From Camelus dromedarius (lineage: Eukaryota), in the NCBI RefSeq assembly GCF_036321535.1, contig NC_087436.1, positions 22,446,001 to 22,510,000 on the forward strand: a stretch of DNA of 64,000 bases. The letters are read 5' to 3'. The notes under the pieces are model-generated. The model saw only the letters and a program-made list of their open reading frames with translations, made no database searches and was not told the DNA's origin. Below are positions 13,802 through 25,207 of this stretch, in pieces. Positions within the stretch are counted from its first letter, which is position 1. Every line of letters starts with the position of its first letter. A program made the translations under genes and the position numbers.

Positions 13802-14199
13802 TGTTGACCTTAAAAAACAAAAGGGCCAGTTATTTTACCAGCAAAATGAGTGTGTTTGGGAATAGCAGAGGAATTGCAATTCGGGGCAAGCAAAGTGTGG
13901 GGAACCAGAGGCAAATCTGAGCAGCAGAGGAAAGGGGTTTGCTTTTTTAGGGGGAAGAAAGGAGTTGGAAGAGGCTATTTCTAAGAGTTCAGGGTGATTG
14001 CATCTTCTCATTGGCTGAGTGTGGCAGTTTCTCATTGGTGGGGCTGTTGCTAGGCAAAGAGAATTTCTTCCTTTCTCCTGCTGAGGTGTGTAAAGTAAGC
14101 TTCTTCCTGTTTTGGGGTGTGAATGTTCGTGCAGGAGAGCCCTCTCTTCAGGGCTTCCCTAGTCTATTTTAAATGACATCTTCTATATTTACTTTCACA
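13802..14199 (-). mobile_element. Solo LTR, ERV1/MER4-group-like
   Basis: Minus strand TGTGAAAGT...GGTCAACA termini, near-perfect 4-bp TSD (taag/taaa) and two CCAAT boxes (ctcattgg x2 near 14007 and 14031). Confidence 0.75.
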
Positions 14200-14910
14200 T
14201 AAATAATTGACTAACAACTAATAATTAAATTTTAATAGAATAGAACTATCTGCGAAAGATACAATTTAGACAACTACTAAATCAAACCACAGATGGGACA
14301 TATTATTTTCCTCATTCTTTCCATTATTTTAAAATCAAATAATTAACAACTCAAAAAGAGGAAATTTCAAAATTAGTCGTGTTCAGGAAGCTATTTCATG
14401 AATGAACTAAAATTTGAATTTGCTAAACTATTACACCTCATGGTTTGCTCTCTTTTTCAGCTTTAAATGTTAAACGCAAATCAAAATTGAAGTAAGATTC
14501 AGTTTCTTAATCTTTGCAATTAGTGTGTTATCATAATTTATTTCAATCTATTTAAAGAATATGCAAGACCAAAAAGGTGAAATACATCAATTGTGTGAAC
14601 CAGGCTGAACCCTTTTAGAAGTCATTGTCAACTGAATCCACCAGAGTTGATGGACGACCATATAACTGAGGTCTCCAAACTAACTTCCATGTAGAATACA
14701 ATGCTTATTAATGGATATTAGTAATAAATATGGGCTAATTTGAAGGTTACAAGTATATTATTAAAAACTGTCATCTGAGCAATTGTTTCAGACTTAGACT
14801 CTCAAAAAACATTTTTTTTTCTGGAAAGCGTATTCTATCACTAGCATTGTTTAGAATCACTGGCACACCATGATCATAAAGGCAGATAGATTTTTGGTCA
14901 GTTTTATTTT

Positions 14911-15075
14911 ATTATTTTATTTTATTGACTGGTTGATTTTTTATATTTTTGAGGGGGGAGGTAGTTTGACCTATTTATTTATTTGTTTCCTTAATGGAGG
15001 TACTGGGGACTGAACCCAGGACCCCTTGCATGCTAAGCATGCACTTCACCAATTGAGCTATACCCTCCCTCCCCA
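14911..15075 (-). mobile_element. tRNA-derived SINE, camelid Vic-1-like
   Basis: Minus strand GGGAGGGTATAGCTCAATTGGTGAAG...GGGTTCAGTCCCCAGTACCTCC with an A-rich tail. Perfect 14-bp TSD gtcagttttatttt at 14897-14910 and 15076-15089. Confidence 0.9.
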
Positions 15076-17329
15076 GTCAGTTTTATTTTTGATTTTCAGA
15101 TCTCTACAAACAATGCACCCACTTGAAGCCTACATCTGTAGCTTCTGTACCTGGACCCATTATAACACTGCTTGCAAAGTATTCATTCCCGTGAGCACAG
15201 TTTATGTTTGTCATTGAAGATAAAGATGACTAAGAAATGAAATGAATCCTTAGGGACAAGTTGGCTCTGCTGAGAAAAAGTATGGCCTCTTGGGAAACTA
15301 AGATTCTTCAAACAGGGAAGTCCAAAGCCCAGTCAGATAACCTGGAGAGTTAAGATCTCATTGCGAGGACATGGTGTTATGCTTTGTCTTACCTTTCCTG
15401 GCTCAGAGTTCAGAATACCTCCCTGTGAGATGACAGGGTTCCTCTGCTTTGCAAACCTACTCACTCTTACTAGAGGAAAAATCCCTTCTACAATGGCTGT
15501 GTTATCCATCAAAAAGCCATTCAATTGAAGAGCAGGAAATAGCATTGTTGCAACCACATAGAGTAGCTTTCTGTTTCCAGGAAGAGCTGCTTTGACGATC
15601 TCCACACTCTTAAGCTGTGAAGCACTGAAAAATCAGGGCCATGTGACCAGCAAAGACAATACCCATTTAAAAGAGTACCGCCTTATGTCTGCAATTTGAA
15701 TGGAGTGCCTCTTCAATGGACAGCATGATATTTTTCTTATTATGCTGCAATGTGGATAACAGGTCTGTGGTTTTCACTCTTTGGGACAGCAAGAGCTTGC
15801 ACTGTATTGAAAAGAGTGGATTTCTTTTCAGATGAGATGTTTAAAGCAATGCTATTAATACTGCTGTGTCTAACAGCTGCCTCGATTTATTCATAAATAC
15901 AGCACAAACATCTTTCTTGTCAAAAGAAGAGGATTTTCTTTTACTATAAAAAGATAATTAATTCAGGCTGAATAAACTTAATGGCACATTTGCCATCTGG
16001 GCAAAGCAAACAAAACACCAGAATAGAATTGTGTGAAGAAAAAAAAAATAATCAAAATGTAGAATAAAAATACATGCTTAAACTCTGTTTCGATTTCCTT
16101 AACAACAAATAATTTTCCACCCTAAGTATTATGTGCATGCTTATTTGAAAGGAAATAAAAAAGACAATAGGGCATAGAAATAGTACACAGCTAAATGTGG
16201 ACAAAAATTTCAGGTGATTTAAACATAAGCAAAATGTTTCACAGGTTCTGCCTCTCTTCATCTATACCCATGAGGGACAGAAACTCTTATCAAATAGTAT
16301 AGATAAAAGTGCTTTGTGAACTTCAAAGAACCACAAAAGTGTAAGAGGATCTTTTTTATTTCCATCAGCCTGGTGTGTCCTTAGAGAGCAGAACTCTTGG
16401 ACATACTTGGGGCTTTGTCTTTATTAAATCAACTGGAAACTGAGCCTGGCTGATGATCATGATCTTTAAAGCCCTTGAAAAGCTGGTACTTGTCATGTGG
16501 AACCATCACTGCATTGACATTCTAGTCTCACCTCTAGGCTTTTAGCTGTCACGTATTCAGAGATGTTGCTTCTTTCTTATCATCTCCTTAAGAACGTCAG
16601 CTCTTGTCTCTTCTAAGCTGTTGTACAGCCTAACCCATGAGTCCTTGACTCTGTGTGGTGTAATTGTGCTTTCGAAGCTTTCTCTCTCTCCACACCATCC
16701 ACCTAGCTTGCCTCTTTCCACTTCTGGTTTTAACTGTGCCCTGTCGCCAGTCAGGGGAGCACTGTTATTACATCGGGTGCCTTCCGCTACCCCATTTGTC
16801 TTAATGAGAATGACTGGTTGCCCTTATATCAGCTTGCTCTCATTAAAAATTGACTTAGAAAGTCCTTCTTTCAAGAAGCCTTCCAGCATTAGAATTTTGA
16901 CCACAGATCCATTCTGACTGTCCTCAGAACCCAGTGCTAGACTTACATATTCATCCTTGTGACTTGGGTCTCTCAAGTCAGAGGGACTGCAGACAGGTTT
17001 GCTGTTTTTGACAGTGAACAAATAAATCGCTTGCTAAAGCTGATCTACATTAAGTATTTCAAGGAATTCATGAAGTGACTTGACTAAAAAGGCCCATGTA
17101 AGATGATATTATTAGAAATGATCATTTTCCTGGGATTTAGTGGTAAGGAGATTTTGACTCCAACTCTTCTCTCAACAGCAGAATTCTATAAAAAATAAAA
17201 CCCTGTATTTTTTTACACGTCAGAATAAGAGTCCCGCTTTTTGGAGTATAAAGAAAAATCCTTATGAGAGCCTATGAGACTAGTTGATAATTATTTTTAC
17301 CAGTTTGTTTCAGTGCTTTCTCTGACCCT

Positions 17330-17705
17330 ATAGCCACTCTGGCCTTCCTTTCGTTCTTTGAACATGCCATCGTCCTCCCTGACTGAAGGTTTGGCAGGCT
17401 GTTTCTCTGATCGCATCCTTATGATTCATAGCAGAGCTCAGATCTCACTGTCTCAAAGACGCTCTCTGACATCCTGAATGCATCTGCTCTTCTCTGTATC
17501 CGCTCACCTAGCACCCTTCCTAGAGAGGAAACTACCAGAATAAACACTCAAGTGATTACTTTGATAATGTGACTTTCCTGCTGGAACGTGACCGCCACAA
17601 ATGCTGGGACGATGGCTGCTTCATCTCAGCTGTGACTGCAGCACCTCGCATAATGTTCACACACAGTAGGTTTTCAAGAAATGGGGTTACGATATGACTG
17701 ACGGA
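17330..17705 (+). mobile_element. L2 3' fragment
   Basis: agccactctggccttcctt...ttgaacatgcca and acagtagg...tcaagaaat motifs. Confidence 0.65.
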
Positions 17706-20700
17706 GTGAACTCCTTAATGAAAATGATGATAAAGATGAACCACCTGGAGGGTAACACTGGCTTCTCTGATGATAACATTCTGGGTGCATTGACACAATC
17801 GGTAAGAACTAAATGTCCAATTTTCAATTCTGCTTCTGCGTAACAATTTCCTCTTCAATTTCTCTAATAGTTAATTCACTCTGAAATCCAGGATAAAAGA
17901 AATAAAATATAGGCCAAAATAATGACTCTTTATTAATGATTCATTAGTTTTTCTTCTATGTTGCATCAGATAGATTATACAATTAGGGGACTTTTCAATA
18001 AAGCTAAAGTTTACCTTGCATAATACATTCCTTAGTGAAGATGAAGTTTAGTCATCAGACACATTCAGAAGCATTGAACCAAATCTCTATGGAAATGGGA
18101 TTTCTCCTGGGCAAAATATTTATCCATGACATGCATATGTTAATCTTGACTCACATATGAATGCAGAGAGCTTAGACTGAGCCTGATATAACACAGATGA
18201 ACTGAAATGCATTCTCCATGTTCCTCTGTGTGTAAGGAGGAGGGGGATCAATCACATTGCTTGCTTTTTGTATTATATGTCAGGTTGAACTTATAAGCCA
18301 TTGACTTTGATGGGCAGAAACAGTAACACACCAGAACATATACACCCCTCTCACAACAACAGCAACAGCAGCAAAACAAAATAAACACACTGATTCTCTC
18401 AGATAAAGAATGAGCGTCTATAAAACTAGACTTGAGATTGGGTTTTAAAAATCTCTGGGCTCACAAATTATGTATTGGTTCTATTCGTATTTCCATGTCC
18501 TTTGCCTTCTAGTCCTTTTTGCTTAGTGCCAGGGAAAGTGCAGATATAATACGCTCTCATATATTTTTTCTTTATCTGAAATTAAGAAAAGGTAAGAAGA
18601 GAATTCATCAATATGACTTTGGGCTGTAAACCTGATATTTATTAAGCTTGACTTTACTATTTGAGGTTCTAAGTCTATGAATTTGTGCTTTCTCTGCTAC
18701 ATGTAATGTAAGGCAAGTACTTTCAACATTTAGGGCAGGTGAGACATAAACACAGCATCCTAGTCTAGGCAAACAATATTGGACTGATTAAGGAGAAGAG
18801 TTCAAGAAGGGAACATTTTGAAACACAAGTGAAAGACTAATTTTGTTAAAAATAAAAGCTTGAAAAATAAAATTAAGTTGTTTTACATGATTACTTTGTT
18901 TCTTAAGTCAGCTGAGAGTGTTTTAAGAAGCTGCACGCCCATATCTTGAGTTTCTTAAGATCAACTGAAGTGATCCATATTAAGTAACTAATGTGAGAGG
19001 AACCTTAATTTTGAGCATTGGAAAATAACCAGTTTTAAACCCACTATGTGCTTATATTACCAGAATGGATTATTGGTCACTATAAAATGTTATTGATAAT
19101 GTGACCACCACTATGGTTTTCCTTTCCTCATCCCAACAAATGTGGCAGGGAGGCTAACCTTTGTCAAAGGAGTGGACTGGATATTTACAGTTAAAAATGG
19201 TGCATTATTTTTCTATTCTCCATCAACAGAAAAACTAGGAAAAAATTTAAAAAATTAACTTTATTGAGAGTAGCCTAGGGCACCTCCTCACCCCCACCCA
19301 GGCAAGGGGGCTGAGATACAGCTCTACCTACTGTGGAGAGTGTCTTCTGACCCCACCTGACCAGAAGGGCTGGAGACAATCCTGGAAGCTAAGCAGCCAG
19401 GGGCACCTAAGCTGAGAGGCAGGTGGGCAGAGCTGACTTCACAGAACAAAACCAGTGGCCCTGCTTTGTCAGGAAACTTGGGGTGTGAGTTGGCTTAAGA
19501 CAACAATAAAGAGCTTTACGAGCTTTACAGCTGCTTCTCCCATGGCTCCACTCACTGCTGAGTACAACCTTCAGCTTAGCCTACCAGGGAACCTACTAGA
19601 GCACGCTGGAAGCTACATCACCCATCCAACAGCTCCATGTATGGTGGCACTTGAACAGAGTGCACAGCCCATGGTTTCCCCCATTTGCAGAGCAAAACTC
19701 ATGGCTTCACCTGACCAGGGCATTTAGTACATGCTTTGGCCTGATTCAAGTCCCCAGACAATGAGTTGTAAGGCCCTGGGTCCTATCCTGCTGCTCTACC
19801 AGGGCAGGGAAGCTAACTCATAGCCCCACCTACTACTAAAAATAGCACCCATTCCTGACCTTCTACTAAGCCTGACCAGAGAATCCAGGCACCTGCAAAG
19901 CCCACCCGATAGCCTCATTTGGGTAGGAAACCAAGTTAGCAGTCCTATCCAACTGTTCACAGCCAGTGGTACCCCACCCCCAGCCCCATCCTCAAAGCTC
20001 AGTTGCCTTGCTCCAAACCTGACCATAACAGCAGGCCCACATACTTAAGGACATTACCAGCAGACATACCCAGAAACTCAAACTGAGATGACTGTTGAAG
20101 AAGTCTCTCTCCCAAAGCACTTTGTAAAACCTGAAAGAGGAGCCTGATTACTCAAATGCACAGATACCAAAGTAAGGAATCAAAGACCTTGAAAAATCAG
20201 ATAAATATGACCTCTTCAAAGGAAACTAAAAAAGATCCAATAAACCCTAAAGAAATGAAAGAAAAGGATTGTATGACAATCTTAATAGATGCAGAAAAAA
20301 AGTTTGACAAAATTCAGCATTCATTCATGATAAAAACTCTTAACAAATTATGCATAAAAGAAATATATCTTAAAGTGATAAAGGCTATATATGACAAGCC
20401 CACAGCTAACATCATACTCAGTGGCGAAAGGCTAAAAGCTTTTCTCTAAAATCAGGAATAAGATGAGGGTGCCCACATCACCACTCCTATTCAACATAGT
20501 ACCAGAAGTCCTACCTAGAGTAATCAGACAAGAGAAAAAAGTATCAGAATTGAAGAAGTAAAATTATCTCAATTTGCAGATGAAATGACTTTATATATAG
20601 AAAACCCTAAAGACACAACAACAAAAAAACCTGTTAGATCTAATCTATTAAATCAGTAAAGTTGCAGGATATAATATTATATAAAAATATAAAAATCAGT

Positions 20701-21677
20701 AACATTTCTATAGGCTAACAAAAAATTTTATGAAAAATAACAAACTCAATCCCATTTACAGTAGCATCAAAAATAATAAAATACTTTGGAGTAAATTCAA
20801 CAAAAGAAGTGAAAGTTCTCTGCTCTGAAAATTATAAGACATTAATGAAAGAAACTGAAGAAGAAATAAATAAATGGAAAGGTATCCCATATTCATGGAT
20901 TGGAAGAAATAATATTGTTAAAATGTCAATACTATCAAAAACCGTCTATGGAATTAATGCAATCCTTATCAAGAGTCCAATGGTATTTTTCACAGAGGTA
21001 GGAAAAAAACACTCCTAAAATTTATATGAAACCACAAAAGACCTCAAATAGCCAAAGAAATCCTGAGAAAGAAGAACAAAGCAGGAAATAACACTTCTTA
21101 ATTTTAAGCTATACTATAAAACTATAATCATCAAAACAGTATAGTAATGGCATAAAAACAGACAAATAGACCAAAGAAACAGAATTGAGGGCCCAGAAAT
21201 AAAATCAAATATATACAGTCAGCTAATATTTGACAAGGGAGTTGAGAAGACTCAGTGGAGAAAAGACAGTATTTTCAATTAATGGTGCTGGTACAGCTGG
21301 GTATTCACAGTAAAAGAATGAAATTGGACCCATATCTTGCACCACTCATGAAAGTTAACTAAAATGAATTAAAGTTTAAATGTAAGATCTGAAACCATAA
21401 AGTTCTAGAAAGAAACATAGGAATAAAGCTCCTTTATATGGGTCTTGGTAATGATTTTTTGGATATGACACCTAACACACAAGCAACAAAAATCAAAAAT
21501 AAATGAGTGGGACTCTAACAAACTAAAAAGCTTCTGCACAGCAAAAGAATCCATAAGCAAACTGAAAAGGCAACCTATGGAATGGGAAAAATATATGCAA
21601 ATTGCATATCCTATAAAGGATTAATATCTAAAATATATGAAGAACTCATATGACTCAATAAAAAATAATCAAATTAA

Positions 21678-22000
21678 TCTAAAAAATGATGCAAATGAAC
21701 TTATTTACAAAACAGATATAACTCACAGAGATAGAAAACAAACTTATGGTTTCCCTAAGGGGAAAGGTGGGGAGGGATAAATTGGGAGTTTGGGATTAAC
21801 ATATGCACACCACTATATATAAAACAGATAAACAACAAGGAACTACTGTACAGCACAGGGAGCTATATTCAGTATCTTGTGATAACCTATAATGGAAAAG
21901 AATCTAAAAATTATACATAATTATATGTATTAACTGAATTACTTTGCTGTACACCTAAACCTAACACAACATTGGAAATCAACTATACTTCAATTAAAAA
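21678..22000 (+). mobile_element. Younger cetartiodactyl-type L1 3' end nested in the L1MA-like element
   Basis: Flanked by an imperfect duplication aatcaaattaa / aatccaattaa; the host resumes with taaatgggcaaaaga. Confidence 0.85.
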
Positions 22001-22447
22001 AAATCCAATTAATAAATGGGCAAAAGATTCAAATAAACATTTCTCCAAAGAAGATATATAAAACCAAAAGATACATGGAAACATGCTCAACATCACTAAT
22101 CACCAGGAAAATACAAATTAAAACCATAAGAAATCATCCCATGTTAGAATGGCTAGTATCAAAAAGACAACAAATATAAAGTGCTGGCAATGATGTGGAG
22201 AAAAGGGAACCCTGTGCACTGTTGGTGGATTGTAAGAGAAAACAGTATTGAAGTTCCTCAAAAAATTAAAAAGAGAACTACCATATAAGCCAGCAATTTT
22301 GCTTCAAGAAATATATCCAAAAAGGAAACAAAAACAGTAACTTGAAAATGTATCTGCACCCTTATATTCATACCATTATTTACAATAGCCAAGATATGGA
22401 AACAACATACTTGTCCGCTGATGGATGAGTGGATAAACAAGTTGTGG

Positions 22448-22468
22448 TATGTATATATATATATATAC

Positions 22469-22538
<70 letters not shown>
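22448..22538. repeat. (TA)n microsatellite, about 90 bp with a few interruptions
   Basis: Direct reading. Confidence 0.97.
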
Positions 22539-22540
<2 letters not shown>

Positions 22541-24799
22541 GAAATATTATTTTGCCATAAAAATGAGTAAATCTCACCATTTGTAACGACATGGATTAAC
22601 CCCGAAGGCATTATGCTAAGTGAAATAAGTCAGATAGAGAAAGACAAATACTGTATGAGCTCACCTCTATGTGAAATCTAAAGACACATATAAAACAAAA
22701 CAAAACACTCATTAAAAAAGAAAAAGGAGATCAGACTCAACAGTTACCAAAGACAGAGTAGGAAGAGGGGAATTGGAGGAACGTGGTCAAAAGGTACAAA
22801 CTTCCAGTTAGGAGATAAAAAAGCACGAGGGATGTAATGGAGGACATGAAGATTATTGCTAACATCGCTCTATGATACACAGGATAGTTGTTAAGAGAGT
22901 AAATCCCGTTAAGTTCTCATCTCAAGGAGAAAATTACTTCCTGTTTTTTTCTTTCTTTTCTTTTTATTGTATCTGTATGAGATGATCTTAGCTAAACTTA
23001 CTGTGGTAATCATTTCACAATATAAGTAAATCAAACCTCCTGCTGTGTGTCTTAAACTTACACAGCGATGTATGCCAACTGTTTCACAATAAAACTGTAA
23101 AAATCAAAAAAACCCAAAAAATTTCCAGGTGATTTTGATGCCATCAGCCACACTTAAAAAATACTGACCTAGGTAATAAATTTATATTAAAGTAGCCAAC
23201 AATTGCAATTGCCTTTTTAATAGTCACATCAAACCGTCAACTTATACTGATGCATTTACTGGTGCATAAATATCCTAAAATCTTTTTTTGCTGAATCCAG
23301 CTGCATCTTCCTTATTCTTCCCTTGTGCAGTTCATTATGGTGGTCCAAGTACAGAACTCTCTGTGTATCCTTACCGATTTTCGTCTTGTTACACCGGCAT
23401 TTCCTTTGAGTCTGAGGGAATTGTAAATCTTCATTCTGTTACATATTTTGCATAATCTATAAATTTGATAAGCACACTTCCTATCTTCATCTAAGTCTCA
23501 AACCAAAATGCTGTATCACAAGAAACAAAAGAAAAGAGTGGAGGCATGATCATGACTGTGTTTTACAAATGCCATCATTACCTCTAGACTATTTTTTTTA
23601 TCTCAGAGAAATAGACTATCATATTTTGAGCATTATTATTTACTTCAAGAAAGGCTAAAGTAAAAACAGAATTCCTGTAATGTATTTGGGTTTAATGCAT
23701 ATAGTAAAATTTCCTTGACATATTACAATCATTTGCCCTCTCATAAATTATTTATCAAAAAATCTGTATTTTAACTTCTAAAATTTCTGCTTAATACTTT
23801 CTGATACAATAAACAAAACAACTGCATTGTCAAAAAATCCATTTCAGATGAAATTCTTTTATAAAACTGCCATAATTCCAACAGCTGCCAAATACTATTG
23901 GACTGTATTGAGATCAGGCAATCGACTGAGAGCTAACACATGACTCTTTGGAAGTCAAATGGAATACAAATTTCTCTAAAACTATCTTGAAACAAAACCT
24001 TAAGCACACATCGACTAGAGGGATGAGATACGTGAGCATGGATGGGGCACCGGACTATTAAAGAATGTGTCAAGAGAGGAATCGTTTGTACAGTGACATG
24101 GAGAGAAACTGAATTCTTAGGAAATCAATTCCTACCCTACAGGTCTCTCAGCAAAGACTGCCAGAAGTGAGCTGAGTGAAAAAAATTTGTGATGAGATGA
24201 GAGTATTTCATTTTGGTCACTTCCATTAAAAAGAGAGCTTGCAAATTTTAGACAGTATATTAAAAAAAGTAAAAACAATGATTTTATGCCAGATCATGTT
24301 AGCTCTTCTCTAACTGATCAGCAGATTTTAAAAATTATTATTATAGAAACACGGCAAAAACAATGTTGAAAAATAAAATACTTGTACTTGGGAAAGCATG
24401 AAATATAAACATGATTGCAACCATTACTTTTTGATCCACAATTCCGTCTATCAGTGAAGGTTTATTATTGCCAATGCCACCTAAGATGGCCTGATTGATG
24501 CATATTCTATGTCAGGTACTTGCAAATTCTCTTTCGTAACAAGTGCTTTACGTATCAGTAACTAAATTTCACACCTAGTAGCTCCTTTCTTGCTGGTAGT
24601 CAATTCTTCCTCCAAGTGCTACGCCAAACGGAGAAGCAAAGGAAGGCTGGTAGGCGCTGTTCCACACCGCCTGGGGCATACACTTTACCTACAGTACTGG
24701 TGCCCAGCCCCACTGGTTGTTAAATAATTTGACTATCACCCTTAAACCAAACACTCCCTACTTTCTTACAAGAGGTAAAAATATCACTGCAATTTCAAA

Positions 24800-25096
24800 G
24801 GATAAAATATGTACACAGTTTTATTCAACATTTTACATTATTCTACAAATATGTACAACTTTAATAATAAATTAAACATATGAACAAAGTAAGTCCAAAG
24901 ACAGTTCATAGACGTCAGGTTACACAATGCCATCTTTCTGCCTTCATTTCTAAGAGTCCTGATCCAAGCTCTCGATCGTTTTCTTGCTAGAAGAGCTTGT
25001 TTTGGCAGCATATTGGAAACGCTGAGTGTTTTGTTGCCTCTAAGCGGTGGGAAGATGCTTGTTAATAATAGAAATGCTGAAAAGGATCAGCCGCAA
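24800..25096 (-). terminator. IL15: IL15 3' UTR with AATAAA poly(A) signal at 24820-24825
   Basis: Plus-strand tttatt at 24820-24825, about 270 nt after the stop codon, in an AU-rich context (ATTTA at about 24868-24872) with a T-rich downstream region. The cleavage site is approximate. Confidence 0.75.
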
Positions 25097-25207
25097 TCAA
25101 GAAGGGTTGATGAACATTTGCACAATATGTACAAAACTCTTCAAAAATTCGTGAATGTTTTTTTCCTCCAGCTCCTCACATTCTTTGCATCCCAATTCAG
25201 TTTTATG
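25097..25207 (-). CDS. IL15: IL15 last coding exon, [36 protein letters not shown]
   Basis: Polypyrimidine tract + ggcag|CAT ... TCT TGA, 111 nt. Confidence 0.98.
   Translation of the reverse strand, partial: HKTELGCKECEELEEKNIHEFLKSFVHIVQMFINPS

Larger units (their letters stand above)
19265..23115 (+). mobile_element. L1 (L1MA-like) with 5' UTR, ORF1 start, large internal deletion, ORF2 RT/C-terminal remnant and 3' UTR
   Basis: GC-richer 5' part; ORFs 20156..20449 ([19 protein letters not shown]...[10 protein letters not shown]) and 20809..21018 (YKTLMKE...[11 protein letters not shown]); 3' end caataaaactg followed by an A-rich tail. The 5' boundary is approximate. Confidence 0.92.

Noticed and set aside
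14990..15070. tRNA-like sequence (also near 9800-9865)
   Set aside because: These are SINE heads with tail and TSD, not tRNA genes.
15575..15583. GAS-like TTCCAGGAA (another near 41819)
   Set aside because: Isolated short motifs are expected by chance in 64 kb and have no supporting context.
22258..22611. YIYIYI-repeat ORFs
   Set aside because: Translation of the (TA)n microsatellite on the antisense strand of an L1.
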